Assembly: GCA_003556225.1 (NCBI GenBank)
Contig: PWRN01000100.1
Span: 12,125-76,124 of the forward strand
DNA: 64,000 bases
Reading direction: 5' to 3'
From: Syntrophomonadaceae bacterium
Lineage (GTDB): Bacteria; Bacillota; Dethiobacteria; DTU022; UBA8154
Part shown: positions 17,466-27,851 of the stretch, piece by piece
How positions within the stretch are numbered: the stretch's first letter is position 1
How the letters are laid out: each line of letters begins with the position of its first letter
The notes under the pieces: model-generated
Told to the model about the DNA's origin: nothing
What the model saw: the letters and a program-made list of their open reading frames with translations, nothing else
The model's database searches: none
Program-made: the position numbers and the translations under genes

Positions 17466-17514
17466 ACGCCCGCCGGCAGAGAGATAAAGATAACATGCCA
17501 GCGGGCGTTTTTTT
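17466..17514 (+). terminator. intrinsic terminator of the MFS gene
   Basis: ACGCCCGCCGGCA ... TGCCAGCGGGCGT (one mismatch) followed by TTTTTTT. Confidence 0.75.
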
Positions 17515-17520
17515 ATGAAA

Positions 17521-17745
17521 GTATTGCCCTCAGCGAACATCGGATTTGCCTGCATCAAAAGGCGCGCAGGGGTTTCAGCAAAGCCGTCTCGACCTGTTTG
17601 AGCGAGCGCAGCGAGGGAGTTTTTGAGGCGGCCTGAAGCCCCGAGTACTGCTACAAATTGTGTCGCAAATTCCGTGGCTGATCCGTGGCTGAGGGGAAGC
17701 CGGGAAACAAGGGTTTATGCCTGAGTAAGCTTGATCACCAAGAAT
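17521..17745. repeat. copy 1 of a ~200-bp intergenic long-hairpin repeat (MITE/REP-like)
   Basis: About 85-90 % identical by eye to 39114-39318 over the first ~125 nt, for example TTGCCCTCAGCGAACATnGGATTTGCC...GGCGCGCAGGGGTTTCAGCAAAG...CTGTTTGAGCGAGCGnAGCGAGGGAGTTTTTGAGGCGGCCTGAAnCCCCGAG. It contains nested inverted repeats and lies between convergent genes. Confidence 0.85.
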
Positions 17746-17764
17746 TTTTTTTAAAAAGAAAGCA

Positions 17765-19042
17765 TCAAGGGTTTTTCAGCGCGCGGCGGGCAATATCCCG
17801 ACGATAATAGGCGCCTTCAAAATGGATTAGCCCGGACAGCTCGTACGCTTTCTCTACGGCCGCTTCCAGCGAGTGGTCCCAGGCGGTGAGCCCCAGTACT
17901 CGCCCTCCCGCTGTGACGATCTGGTTATCCTGCAGGGCCGTGCCGGCATGAAACACCACAGCCTGATCCATCCCGGCAGCTTCTGCCAGACCGGTAATCA
18001 CCTTGCCCTTTTCATATGCCCCGGGGTATCCTTCTGAAGCCATCACGACGCAGACACTGTAATTTTCATGCCACTCCGGTGGTTCAATCACGCGGAAATT
18101 GCCCCTGGCTCCTTCGTAAAGCAGCGGCAGCAAGTCCGACTTCATCCTGGGCAAAATCACCTGCGCTTCCGGGTCACCGAAGCGCACATTGAACTCCAGC
18201 ACTTTTATTCCCTGTTGGGTCATGATCAGCCCCACGAAAAGCACACCCCGGTAGGGGATCCCTTCCGCGGCCAGGCCTTGAAAGACAGGCTCCAGGATGA
18301 AACGCTCCACGTCCTCCTGGTATTTCTTGGATAAGATCGGTGCCGGAGAGTAGGCACCCATGCCTCCCGTGTTCGGTCCCCTGTCTCCATCATAGATAGC
18401 CTTATGGTCCTGGGCGGAAGGAAGAGTCACGTACGAAGCACCATCGGTAAGGGCGAACACGGAAACCTCTTCCCCCTGTAAAAATTCTTCAATCACGATG
18501 CGATTTCCCGCTGCACCAAATACTTTTGCTTCCATGATCTGCTGCACGGCCCGGGCCGCTTCCTCAAAATTCTCTGCGATGATCACACCCTTGCCCGCGG
18601 CCAGACCGTCGGCTTTCACAACCGTGGGAAAAGAGGTTTCCCTGAGATAAGCATACGCTTCTTCCGGGGTATCGAACACTTCAAATTTTGCCGTAGGAAC
18701 CTGGTGCCTGGACATGAACTGCTTGGCCCAAACCTTGCTCCCTTCCAGCAGCGCTCCGCTGCGAGGAGGGCCAAAGATCAGTTGACCGTTTTCCTGGAAT
18801 AGATCGACGATCCCTTCCATCAAGGGGGCTTCTGGCCCCACAACTGTCAAATGAATCCCCCTGTCCCGGGCAAATTGTTGCAGCGCGCTCACATCTGATG
18901 CATCGATGGGCACACATTCAGCCAACGAGGCGATGCCCGCATTGCCTGGCGCACAATAGATTTTATGAATCTCCGGGCTTTGGGCCAATTTCCAGACCAG
19001 GGTATGTTCCCTTCCGCCTCCCCCGACAATGAGTACGTCCAC
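17765..19042 (-). CDS. purD: phosphoribosylamine--glycine ligase
   Basis: MDVLIVGGGGREH N-terminus, ATP-grasp core, 425 aa. GTG start behind GGGGAGG. Confidence 0.95.
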   Translation of the reverse strand: MDVLIVGGGGREHTLVWKLAQSPEIHKIYCAPGNAGIASLAECVPIDASDVSALQQFARDRGIHLTVVGPEAPLMEGIVDLFQENGQLIFGPPRSGALLEGSKVWAKQFMSRHQVPTAKFEVFDTPEEAYAYLRETSFPTVVKADGLAAGKGVIIAENFEEAARAVQQIMEAKVFGAAGNRIVIEEFLQGEEVSVFALTDGASYVTLPSAQDHKAIYDGDRGPNTGGMGAYSPAPILSKKYQEDVERFILEPVFQGLAAEGIPYRGVLFVGLIMTQQGIKVLEFNVRFGDPEAQVILPRMKSDLLPLLYEGARGNFRVIEPPEWHENYSVCVVMASEGYPGAYEKGKVITGLAEAAGMDQAVVFHAGTALQDNQIVTAGGRVLGLTAWDHSLEAAVEKAYELSGLIHFEGAYYRRDIARRALKNP

Positions 19043-19261
19043 AAAATATGCCTCCCCTATGATTGTATTTGCTATCCCGGCCTTCGAGTTATCGCGATCA
19101 GTTTTAGCATACCCGAATAATCAAGCGGAAGCAGTATCGAGATGGCTAATCCCCATCATTTTTAACCCACGCAACATCTCCAGGCATTGCCCTGGGGTTT
19201 AGCTCCTGTCGGCTGGTTCCTGCCTCCTGAATCCTTCATGCTAAATCCCGGGTGCCCACGG

Positions 19262-20815
19262 CTAATGTTTAAAGTATCTTTTTCCGGTAAAGACCATGGC
19301 GATATTGTATTGTTCGCATGTGGCAATGACTTCTTGATCGCGGTTGGACCCACCCGGCTGAATCACCGTCGTCACGCCGCTTAACGCGGCCAGTTCCACT
19401 CCGTCTTTAAAAGGAAAGAAGGCGTCGGAAGCCATCACACTTCCCCGCGCTTCCTGGCCGGATTGTTCCAGGGCAATTTTTACCGACCCGACGCGGCTCA
19501 TCTGGCCTGCCCCGATACCCAGTGTCTGCTCCCTTTTGGCAATCACAATGGCGTTGGAGTTTACATGGCGCACAGTTTTCAGGGCAAACAAGAGATCTCT
19601 GCGCTCCTGTTCAGTCGGATTCCTGGAAGTCACTACCCGCCAGGTTTCCGGCTGCAGCGGCTCTGCTGCCGCCTCCTGCAGCAAGAGTCCCCCGCTCACT
19701 TTTTTCAGGTCCATGCCTTTTTCAGGCATTCCTTCCGGCAGCGGTATGGTCAGCAGGCGAACATCTTGTTTTTGCGCAAGAATCTCCAGGGCAGCCGGTG
19801 CAAAGGAAGGAGCAGCAATTACTTCCAAAAATATTTCTGCTAAACGCCGGGCCGTTTCTTCGTCAACATCCCTGTTCAAGGCCACGATGCCGCCAAAAAT
19901 GGAAACGGGGTCAGCGTCGTGGGCTTTTTGGTAGGCTTCATGCAGGGCCTCGGCGGAACCCACACCGCATGGATTAGCGTGTTTCACGGCCACCGCCGTA
20001 GGGTCTTCAAATTCTTTTGCCAGTTCCCAGGCGGCATGCAGGTCGTTGATATTATTGAAAGACAGCTCTTTCCCCTGCAGCTGTTTGGCTCCGGCAATGG
20101 TGGCAGGACCTGGTAACGGCTCCCTGTAGAAAGCGGCTTTCTGGTGAGGATTTTCTCCGTAGCGTAGTTCCTGGGATTTTCGATACGGTAAGGCCAGGTA
20201 CGCAGGGAAGTGTCGTTCTTGCTCATCTTCAATGCCTCTTCGCAGGTATTCCGCGACGATACTGTCGTAATAGGCCGTGTGGGCAAATGCTTCTACGGCC
20301 AGCCGGTAACGGGTAGAGAGAGCGAGATCGCCTTTTTGGCGCAGTTCTTCCACCACGATAGCGTAATTTGCCGGCTCAACCACAACGATCACGTCCTGGT
20401 AATTCTTTGCGGCCGCCCGCACCATGGTCGGGCCGCCGATATCGATATTTTCTACGGCATCTTCCAGGGTTACGCCGGGTTGGGCGATCACTTCAGGGAA
20501 GGGGTAAAGATTGACAGCAACCAGGTCAATGGCTTCAATGGCGTGTTCTTTCATTTGCTTTAGATGTTCTTCCAGGTCACGCCTTCCGAGGATGCCGCCG
20601 TGAACCAACGGATGAAGTGTTTTCAATCGCCCATCCAGGATTTCGGGAAAACCGGTGATCTCACTGATATCTTTTACGGATAGGCCCGCGTCCCTTAAGG
20701 CCCTGGCTGTTCCGCCCGTAGAAATAATTTCCCAGCCCAGGGAGACGAGTTCCCGGGCAAAACGCGTGATGCCTTCTTTGTCTGAAACACTGATTAACGC
20801 TTTTTTAGCTTTCAT
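19262..20815 (-). CDS. purH: bifunctional AICAR formyltransferase / IMP cyclohydrolase
   Basis: KKALISVSDKEG MGS-like N-terminal domain plus an AICARFT C-terminal domain. The ATG at 20815 lies behind GGAGAAGGTG; the track ORF starts 2 codons earlier. Confidence 0.95.
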   Translation of the reverse strand: MKAKKALISVSDKEGITRFARELVSLGWEIISTGGTARALRDAGLSVKDISEITGFPEILDGRLKTLHPLVHGGILGRRDLEEHLKQMKEHAIEAIDLVAVNLYPFPEVIAQPGVTLEDAVENIDIGGPTMVRAAAKNYQDVIVVVEPANYAIVVEELRQKGDLALSTRYRLAVEAFAHTAYYDSIVAEYLRRGIEDEQERHFPAYLALPYRKSQELRYGENPHQKAAFYREPLPGPATIAGAKQLQGKELSFNNINDLHAAWELAKEFEDPTAVAVKHANPCGVGSAEALHEAYQKAHDADPVSIFGGIVALNRDVDEETARRLAEIFLEVIAAPSFAPAALEILAQKQDVRLLTIPLPEGMPEKGMDLKKVSGGLLLQEAAAEPLQPETWRVVTSRNPTEQERRDLLFALKTVRHVNSNAIVIAKREQTLGIGAGQMSRVGSVKIALEQSGQEARGSVMASDAFFPFKDGVELAALSGVTTVIQPGGSNRDQEVIATCEQYNIAMVFTGKRYFKH

Positions 20816-21410
20816 CAACAATACACCTTCTCCCTTTGACAGTTAGCCTTCCTCGCATAAACAACGAAATTGCCCGGGGATACAGCCGGTGTTCTACCTG
20901 GTGGATGCGCTGATGCAGCGTCTCTTCATCGTCGGTTTCCAGCACCGGTATCGCTTCCTGTAAAATAATTGGACCTGTATCCAATCCTTCGTCGACAAAA
21001 TGCACGGTGCACCCGCTCACCTTAACCCCATATTCCAGGGCCTGTTTTACACCGTCCAGGCCGGGAAACGCAGGCAGCAGGGAGGGATGGATATTCATGA
21101 TTTGCCCGGGGTAGCGCCGCACGAAAACAGGCGAAAGAAGTCGCATAAAACCGGCCAGGGCAATAAGCCCGATTTTTCGCTCCTCCAGGAGGGCACAGAT
21201 AGATTGGTCATAATCTTCCCGGCAGGAAAAATCTCGGGTATTGAGGTACAAGGCTTCGATGCCGTGTTTGCGAGCCCGCTGCAGGGCAAAGGCCTCGATC
21301 TTGTCGCTGATCACAGTTTTCACTGTCCCGTCCAGTGCGCCCTTTTCCGCGGCATCAATGATCGCCTGCAGGTTGCTTCCACTGCCGGACGCCAGCACCG
21401 CCAGGTTCAT
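20805..21410 (-). CDS. purN: phosphoribosylglycinamide formyltransferase
   Basis: 201 aa with LASGSGSNLQAII and NIHPSLLPAFPG motifs. Confidence 0.95.
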   Translation of the reverse strand: MNLAVLASGSGSNLQAIIDAAEKGALDGTVKTVISDKIEAFALQRARKHGIEALYLNTRDFSCREDYDQSICALLEERKIGLIALAGFMRLLSPVFVRRYPGQIMNIHPSLLPAFPGLDGVKQALEYGVKVSGCTVHFVDEGLDTGPIILQEAIPVLETDDEETLHQRIHQVEHRLYPRAISLFMRGRLTVKGRRCIVDES

Positions 21411-21425
21411 CGGAGCTCCTCCCTT

Positions 21426-22475
21426 CTATTGAAATGCAACGTGCGGAGAATGATCATCCGTGGATTCAACCCTGCCCACCTCCAGGGCTTCCATCTTAAG
21501 CTCTCTTAGCTGCTCCTGGATGGCCTGCAGGTCGCCCTCGGAAACCACCAGGATCAATCCGATACCCATGTTAAAGGTGCGAAACATTTCTTCTTCAGCG
21601 ATGCGGCCTGCGCGCTGCACCAGGCCAAAAATGGGTGATATCTCCCACGACTTCTTTGCCATGACAGCTCGTGTCCCCCGGGGGAGAATGCGGGGCAGAT
21701 TGTTGGTGATACCCCCGCCCGTAATGTGAGCAATCCCTTTCAATTCAAACGTCTCCAGCAGCGACAGTAGATAGGGCACGTAAATACGCGTCGGCCGGAG
21801 CAGTTCTTCTCCCAGGGCACAACCCAGCTCTGGCACATGATCCTCCAGCCGCAAACCCGCGTGCTCCAGGAGAACCTTGCGAACCAGGGAAAAGCCGTTG
21901 CTGTGCAGGCCGGAGGAAGCCAGCCCTAACAAGGTGTCGCCAGGTTGCACCTTTTCACCGGAGATGATCCTGCTTTTCTCCACGATACCCACAGAGAAAC
22001 CGGCGAGATCGTATTCACCCTGGGGGTAAAAACCCGGCATTTCAGCGGTTTCTCCCCCCAACAGGGCACAACCGGCCTGCCGGCATCCTTCTACGACTCC
22101 GCCTATAATGTCTTTCACCACCTGGTTGTCCAGCCGACCCGTAGCCAGGTAATCCAGGAAAAAAAGCGGTTCAGCCCCCTGGACGACCAGGTCATTCACA
22201 CACATGGCCACTGCGTCTATGCCAACGGTGTCATGCTTGCCCATAGCAAAGGCAATTTTAAGTTTTGTACCGACTCCATCAGTTGCTGCTACCAGGACGG
22301 GTTCACGATACCGGGAAACATCCGGCTGAAAAAGGCCAGCAAAACCGCCGATCCCGGTTAACACTTCTCGCCGGTGGGTTTTCAACACCATCTCTTTAAT
22401 GTCTGCAACAATTTTCTCCCCGGCTTCGATGTCCACCCCGGCAGACTTATAATCAAAGCCTTCTGATTTCGTCAT
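21426..22475 (-). CDS. purM: phosphoribosylformylglycinamidine cyclo-ligase (AIR synthetase)
   Basis: YKSAGVDIEAGEK and ATDGVGTKLK motifs. Start taken at the ATG at 22475 ([10 protein letters not shown]...), which overlaps the purF 3' end by 23 nt. The track ORF is 29 codons longer. Confidence 0.92.
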   Translation of the reverse strand: MTKSEGFDYKSAGVDIEAGEKIVADIKEMVLKTHRREVLTGIGGFAGLFQPDVSRYREPVLVAATDGVGTKLKIAFAMGKHDTVGIDAVAMCVNDLVVQGAEPLFFLDYLATGRLDNQVVKDIIGGVVEGCRQAGCALLGGETAEMPGFYPQGEYDLAGFSVGIVEKSRIISGEKVQPGDTLLGLASSGLHSNGFSLVRKVLLEHAGLRLEDHVPELGCALGEELLRPTRIYVPYLLSLLETFELKGIAHITGGGITNNLPRILPRGTRAVMAKKSWEISPIFGLVQRAGRIAEEEMFRTFNMGIGLILVVSEGDLQAIQEQLRELKMEALEVGRVESTDDHSPHVAFQ

Positions 22476-23913
22476 ATTTTTCCCTGCCTTTACTGGAAAT
22501 GGGATAATGACCGGAAAAACAGGCGGTGCAGAGCTTGCCTTCCGTAAGTCCCGCTGACTCAATCATGTTTTGATAACCCAGGTATCCCAGCGATGTGGCC
22601 CCGATCTGCACTCGAATCTCTTCCACGGCTTTCGAGGAGCCGATCAACTCTTCGTAGGTGGGCGTGTCAATGCCATAGTAGCAGGGGGCAATCACAGGGG
22701 GGGAGCTGATCCTCAGATGGACCTCCCTGGCGCCCGCCTTGAAGAACATGTTGACGAGTTTCTGGCTGGTTGTTCCCCGGACAATGGAGTCGTCGACGAC
22801 CACAACGCGTTTCCCTTCCACTACCTTATAAATCGGGTTCAATTTCAACTGGACACCGAGGCTGCGGATTTTCTGGTTCGGTTGAATGAAGGTTCTCCCG
22901 ATATACTTGTTTTTAATCAAACCCATTTCATACGGGATGCCCAGTTCTTCAGCAAAGCCCGAGGCGGCAGAGAGGCTGGAGTCGGGCACCCCGGTGACCA
23001 GGTCAGCCTGGGCCGGATGCTCGCGGGCCAGCCTTCTGCCCAGCTCTTTGCGCACCAGGTGAACATTCTTGCCGTGGATGTTGCTGTCAGGCCGGGCGAA
23101 GTAAATGTATTCAAAGATGCAGAGGGCCAGCCGCTGTGAAGGCAAGGCCTGCCTGCTGGTGAGACCGTTCTCATCGATGATCACCATTTCACCGGGTTCA
23201 ATATCCCGGATCATCTCAGCGCCGATGGTATCAAAGGCGCAGGTTTCAGAGGCCAGGACGTAGTGCCCCTTCCATTTCCCCAGGGAGAGGGGGTGGATGC
23301 CGTACGGATCACGCACGCCGACCAGGCTGTTTTCCGCCAGGAACAGGAAATTATATGCACCGTGTAAGTGGGGCAGCGCCGATGTTAACGAGGCCTCCAG
23401 GTCACGGTACCCATAGCGGGCGATCAGGTGGGCCACCAGCTCGCTGTCCGTGGTGGTCTGAAAGATGGAACCCTGGTCTTCCAAGAACTCCCTTAGTTCC
23501 AGGGCGTTAACCAGGTTGCCGTTGTGGACGACGGCGAGAGAGCCGTGGCGGTACTCAATCAAAAGGGGTTGGGCGTTTTCCGGGCGACCTCCCCCGCTGG
23601 TGGAATAGCGCACGTGGCTGACAGCCGCCACGGTTGGCTTGTTTTTCATGGCCTCCAGGTCGGTAAAAACCTCGGAAACCAGCCCGACTCCTTTCTTGAG
23701 GTGGATGGTCTTTCCGTCGCTCACCGCAATCCCGGCACTTTCCTGGCCCCGATGCTGCAAGGCAAACAGGGCAAAACAAGACAGGCGAAAAAGATCTTCC
23801 CCCGGGGCAAAAATCCCAAAGACACCACATGCTTCTTCCATCCGGTCATGCCGATCCTCGTTCTGTCTGGCGGCCAAATCTTCTTTCAGACCTCTTCGGC
23901 TCAATCGAGACAA
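22453..23913 (-). CDS. purF: amidophosphoribosyltransferase
   Basis: N-terminal nucleophile CGVFGIF after a propeptide, and PRPP loop [17 protein letters not shown] at 23913 follows GGGAGGAGG; an alternative ATG is at 23841. Confidence 0.93.
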   Translation of the reverse strand: MSRLSRRGLKEDLAARQNEDRHDRMEEACGVFGIFAPGEDLFRLSCFALFALQHRGQESAGIAVSDGKTIHLKKGVGLVSEVFTDLEAMKNKPTVAAVSHVRYSTSGGGRPENAQPLLIEYRHGSLAVVHNGNLVNALELREFLEDQGSIFQTTTDSELVAHLIARYGYRDLEASLTSALPHLHGAYNFLFLAENSLVGVRDPYGIHPLSLGKWKGHYVLASETCAFDTIGAEMIRDIEPGEMVIIDENGLTSRQALPSQRLALCIFEYIYFARPDSNIHGKNVHLVRKELGRRLAREHPAQADLVTGVPDSSLSAASGFAEELGIPYEMGLIKNKYIGRTFIQPNQKIRSLGVQLKLNPIYKVVEGKRVVVVDDSIVRGTTSQKLVNMFFKAGAREVHLRISSPPVIAPCYYGIDTPTYEELIGSSKAVEEIRVQIGATSLGYLGYQNMIESAGLTEGKLCTACFSGHYPISSKGREKYDEIRRL

Positions 23914-26108
23914 CAGGAAATAACCTCCTCCCAGGCCGCTTTGACTCTTTCCAGAGAAAGATCAATCAAGGGCTCTTCTTCTTGTATTCTCACGGTCAAT
24001 TTTTCTCCTTTCACTTCTCCCAGCAACTGCCAGGGAAGTTGGTAGGAACGGATAAGCGTCAGAAAATCCCGTTCTTTTTCCAGGGATACACCCACCAGGA
24101 CCCGGGATTGGCCTTCCCCAAAGAGCAGTTCATCCAGGCGGACGTTTTCCGGGTGCGGCAGGCTGATTTCCACGCCAAAACCCCCGGCAAAGGACGCTTC
24201 GGCCAGGGCCGTAAGCAAGCCCCCGTCGGATAGGTCGTGCGCCGAAGTGATCACCTTGCTGGCAGCAGCCTCGCCCAAAAATTGGTGCAGGAAGGCAGCC
24301 CGCTCCAGGTCCGGCAGCGGCATGTCTCCCGCCAGCACCCCATGCAGGGCGTAAAGATACTCGCTTCCCGCCAGGCTGCCGGCCAGGTCACCCAGCAGGT
24401 AAACCCGGTCGGATGCCCGCCGCCAGCCTTTTTGTACCTGGCAGGAAAGATTCTCCAGCAAGCCCAGCATCCCCACAACAGGGGTGGGAAAGATCGCTTC
24501 GCCACTGGTCTCATTGTAAAAGCTCACGTTACCCCCGGTAACGGGCGTTCCCAAGGCCCTGCAGGCCTCCGCCATACCTTTGACGGCATGCTTAAACTGC
24601 CAGTAAATTTGGGGGCGGGTGGGGTTTCCAAAATTCAAGCAGTTGGTGATCGCCAGGGGTTTCGCTCCCGCGGCAGCCACATTGCGGGCCGCTTCAAGCA
24701 CGGCAATCATCCCGCCTTTGTAGGGATCCAGGTACACATACCGACCGTTGCCGTCGGCGGAAAAAGCCAGTCCCTTCGCTGTGCCCCTGATTCGGAGCAC
24801 CGCGGCATCGCCCCCGGGGCCCTGGGCCGTGCATGTTCGCACCATGTAGTCGTATTGACGGTAAATCCACTGCTTGGACGCGATATTCGGTGAAGCAAGC
24901 AGCTCCAGGAACGCCTCCTCCAGGTCGTCTGGCTGGGGCACTGCCTGCATGTCATAGGATTTCAATTTCTGGTAATAGGGAGGTTCCTGGTCGGGCAGAT
25001 CGTACACAGGGGCATTTTCACACAGGAAATCAGCGGCCAGCTCACCCACTTTTTCACCGCGATGGTATATCTGCAGCAGACCATCCCCGGTAACCTGGCC
25101 AATGGCGCTAAATTCCAGTCCCCAGCGGGTAAAAATATCCTGGACGGCCTTGATGTTTTCATTTTCTACCACCAGCAGCATCCGTTCCTGTGATTCGGAG
25201 AGCATGATCTCGTAGGGAGACATATCCTCTTCCCTGCAGGGAACCCGGTCCAGGTGGATGATCATCCCGCTCCCCGCGCGGCTGGACATCTCCGACGTGG
25301 CACAGGTGAGCCCGGCGCCTCCTAAATCCTGGATGCCGGCAACCAGCTCTTTTTCGATGGCCTCCAGGCAGGCTTCAAGGAGTAATTTCTCCATGAACGG
25401 GTCGCCTACCTGCACGGCAGGCCGCTGGGCTTCAGAGGTTTCATCCAGTCCTTCCGAAGCAAAGGTAACCCCGTGCAGCCCATCCCGGCCCGTGCGGGCG
25501 CCTACCAGGATCACCGTATTGCCCGGCCCCCGGGCCTGCCCCCGGGCGATACGGGAAGCGGGAAGCACCCCGGCACACATGACATTCACCAGGGGGTTTC
25601 CCTGGTAGGCGGGGTCGAACCAGGTCTCCCCCCCGACGGTGGGTATACCAATGCAGTTCCCGTAGCCCGCAATTCCCGCCACAACCCCCTCAAAGAGATA
25701 CTGAACCCTGGGATAGTGCAGGGGACCAAAACGCAGGGAATTCAACAGGGCAATCGGCCGGGCGCCCATGGTAAAAATATCGCGAACGATGCCCCCGACC
25801 CCTGTCGCGGCGCCCTGGTACGGCTCAATCGCCGAAGGGTGGTTATGGCTCTCCATTTTGAACGCCACGGCGAGACCCTCGCCGATGTCAACAATCCCGG
25901 CATTTTCTCCCGGCCCCAGCAGGATCTGATCGCCTTCAGTGGGCAGGGATTGCAGCACTTTCTTGGAGCATTTATAGCTGCAGTGCTCGGACCACATCAC
26001 GGAAAACATGCCCAGTTCCAGCTCGTTGGGCTCACGGCCCATGAGATGGAGAATCAAGGCGTATTCTTGATCGCTTAAGCCCATCTTCTGGTGTAGTTGC
26101 TCGCTCAA
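23901..26108 (-). CDS. purL: phosphoribosylformylglycinamidine synthase II
   Basis: 735 aa of PurL (small type), with duplicated AIRS domains (ESHNHPS). Confidence 0.95.
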   Translation of the reverse strand: MSEQLHQKMGLSDQEYALILHLMGREPNELELGMFSVMWSEHCSYKCSKKVLQSLPTEGDQILLGPGENAGIVDIGEGLAVAFKMESHNHPSAIEPYQGAATGVGGIVRDIFTMGARPIALLNSLRFGPLHYPRVQYLFEGVVAGIAGYGNCIGIPTVGGETWFDPAYQGNPLVNVMCAGVLPASRIARGQARGPGNTVILVGARTGRDGLHGVTFASEGLDETSEAQRPAVQVGDPFMEKLLLEACLEAIEKELVAGIQDLGGAGLTCATSEMSSRAGSGMIIHLDRVPCREEDMSPYEIMLSESQERMLLVVENENIKAVQDIFTRWGLEFSAIGQVTGDGLLQIYHRGEKVGELAADFLCENAPVYDLPDQEPPYYQKLKSYDMQAVPQPDDLEEAFLELLASPNIASKQWIYRQYDYMVRTCTAQGPGGDAAVLRIRGTAKGLAFSADGNGRYVYLDPYKGGMIAVLEAARNVAAAGAKPLAITNCLNFGNPTRPQIYWQFKHAVKGMAEACRALGTPVTGGNVSFYNETSGEAIFPTPVVGMLGLLENLSCQVQKGWRRASDRVYLLGDLAGSLAGSEYLYALHGVLAGDMPLPDLERAAFLHQFLGEAAASKVITSAHDLSDGGLLTALAEASFAGGFGVEISLPHPENVRLDELLFGEGQSRVLVGVSLEKERDFLTLIRSYQLPWQLLGEVKGEKLTVRIQEEEPLIDLSLERVKAAWEEVISCCLD

Positions 26109-26803
26109 GAGCTTTCACCCCAGTGTTTTAGGATCGATTGAAAGATGAATTGACCGTCCCGGGAACCCAGCAGGCTTTCCCCGGCTCGTTCCGGGTGGGG
26201 CATCATCCCCAGCACATTCCCCCTGGCATTGCAGATCCCCGCGATGGCCTCCAGGGAACCGTTGGGATTGGCCCGGGAATCGAGATTCCCCTCCGGGGTC
26301 ACGTAGCGAAAAACGATCTGGTTGTTCTTTTTTAAGGTTTCCAGGGTTTCCGGGTCACAAAAATAATTACCGTCACCATGAGCGACGGGAATTTTTAATA
26401 CCTGCCCCGATGGAATATGGGCCGTAAAGGGCAGGTGCGGGTTTTCTACCGACAGGTGGGTCCACGCACACCTGAACTGCAGGTGAATGTTGCGGTAAAG
26501 GGCGCCCGGGAGCAGGCCGCTTTCCAGGAGCACCTGGAAGCCGTTGCAAATGCCCAGCACCAGGCCTCCCCGGGCTGCGAAAGCGTGGACCGCAGTCATG
26601 ATCGGTGAAAAACTGGCGATGGCTCCGGGACGCAGGTAATCCCCGTAGGTAAACCCGCCGGGCAAAATGACGCAGTCTGACCCTCGCAGGGTCTTTTCGT
26701 GGTGCCAGAGATATTCCACCGGCTTGTTCAACACATCCTTCACCATGTAAAACGCATCCAGGTCGCAATTGGATCCGGGAAAAACAATCACGCCAAATTT
26801 CAT
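26105..26803 (-). CDS. purQ: phosphoribosylformylglycinamidine synthase I (glutaminase)
   Basis: Class-I GATase with GICNGFQ (the Cys nucleophile) and MMPHPER. Confidence 0.95.
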   Translation of the reverse strand: MKFGVIVFPGSNCDLDAFYMVKDVLNKPVEYLWHHEKTLRGSDCVILPGGFTYGDYLRPGAIASFSPIMTAVHAFAARGGLVLGICNGFQVLLESGLLPGALYRNIHLQFRCAWTHLSVENPHLPFTAHIPSGQVLKIPVAHGDGNYFCDPETLETLKKNNQIVFRYVTPEGNLDSRANPNGSLEAIAGICNARGNVLGMMPHPERAGESLLGSRDGQFIFQSILKHWGESS

Positions 26804-26829
26804 GGTATCTACAGGGCTCAGGGGGCCGC

Positions 26830-27117
26830 TCAGCTCCCTGTTTGGCCCGTCCCCCTTTCCAGGCTTACAGGCTGGAGGCGATACTCGTAATCTTCAATAA
26901 CCGGGTTGGTTAAAAGCCGTTGACACATTTCTTCCACCTGGCTCCTGGCTTTTTCCTCGCTTTCCGCGTGAAGAAGAAGTTCCATGTACTTTCCGATGCG
27001 AACTTTTTCCACGTGATCATATCCCAGGGCGCCCAGGGCTTTTTCCACGGCAACACCCTGGGGATCAAGGACGCTTTTTTTATAGGTAACCTGAATCTCG
27101 GCTTTCCAGGCAGTCAA
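26830..27117 (-). CDS. purS: phosphoribosylformylglycinamidine synthase subunit PurS
   Basis: The TTG at 27115-27117 lies behind GGAGGTGG and next to the purC stop. The translation (M)TAWKAEIQVTYKKSVLDPQGVAVEKALGALGY is PurS-like. The track ORF is 32 codons too long. Confidence 0.85.
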   Translation of the reverse strand: MTAWKAEIQVTYKKSVLDPQGVAVEKALGALGYDHVEKVRIGKYMELLLHAESEEKARSQVEEMCQRLLTNPVIEDYEYRLQPVSLERGTGQTGS

Positions 27118-27118
27118 G

Positions 27119-27829
27119 CTAGTCCACCTCCTGCAGCCTGCGGAGCACTTCCTGGTAAGCCTCCGTGACCTTACCCATTTCCCGTCGGAAGCGGTCCTTA
27201 TCCAGCTTTTCACCGGACGTGGCGTCCCAGAAGCGGCAGGTGTCGGGCGTTATTTCATCACCCAGGAGAATTTCACCCTTGTGACGGCCAAACTCCAGTT
27301 TAAAATCGACCAGCACAATATTCTTTTTAAGCAGGAAGGGCCGCAGCACCTGGTTAATCTGCAGGGCCATCGTTTCAATGGTGTCCATCTCTTCCGGTGT
27401 GGCCAGGTCCAGGGCATAGATGTGGTAGCGGTTCAACATGGGATCATGCAGTTCGTCATCTTTCAGGTTATACTCCAGGACAGTTTTTTTCAAAACAGTT
27501 CCTTCTTCCAACCCCATGCGCTTGGCCAAACTACCCGCCACGATATTCCGCACAATAATCTCCACCGGGATAATCTCCAATGATTTAACCAGCATATCCC
27601 GTTCGCTAAGGGTCTTGATGTAATGGGTCGGAATGTTTTCCTCTGCCAGAAGCTGGAAAAAGAGGGAGGAGATATGATTGTTTAAGACCCCCTTATTTTC
27701 CAGGCTTTCTTTTTTCAGTCCATCAAACGCGGTGGCGACATCTTTGAATTCGACGATCACCTGGTCCGGGTCATCGGTGTGAAATATTTTTTTGGCCTTG
27801 CCCTCATAGAGGAAGTCTCTTTTTTCCAC
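27119..27829 (-). CDS. purC: SAICAR synthetase
   Basis: The GTG at 27827-27829 lies behind AAAGGAGAAG. The translation (M)[20 protein letters not shown] is a canonical PurC N-terminus. The track ORF has an 85-codon spurious extension that overlaps purB. Confidence 0.92.
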   Translation of the reverse strand: MEKRDFLYEGKAKKIFHTDDPDQVIVEFKDVATAFDGLKKESLENKGVLNNHISSLFFQLLAEENIPTHYIKTLSERDMLVKSLEIIPVEIIVRNIVAGSLAKRMGLEEGTVLKKTVLEYNLKDDELHDPMLNRYHIYALDLATPEEMDTIETMALQINQVLRPFLLKKNIVLVDFKLEFGRHKGEILLGDEITPDTCRFWDATSGEKLDKDRFRREMGKVTEAYQEVLRRLQEVD

Positions 27830-27851
27830 GGTGCTTCTCCTTTCTGCCTTC

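Noticed and set aside
17494-17510. TGGCAT-containing strings at 17494-17510 (minus), 33883-33900, 41024-41045, 57826-57850 and 63566-63580, checked as further sigma-54 promoters.
   Set aside because: None has GC at the GG+12 position together with a TTGC -12 box. They lie inside coding regions or terminator loops.
17340-17558. 72-aa minus-strand ORF overlapping the MFS 3' end, its terminator and the start of repeat copy 1.
   Set aside because: It spans a terminator hairpin and repeat DNA, has no RBS, and has no counterpart in repeat copy 2.
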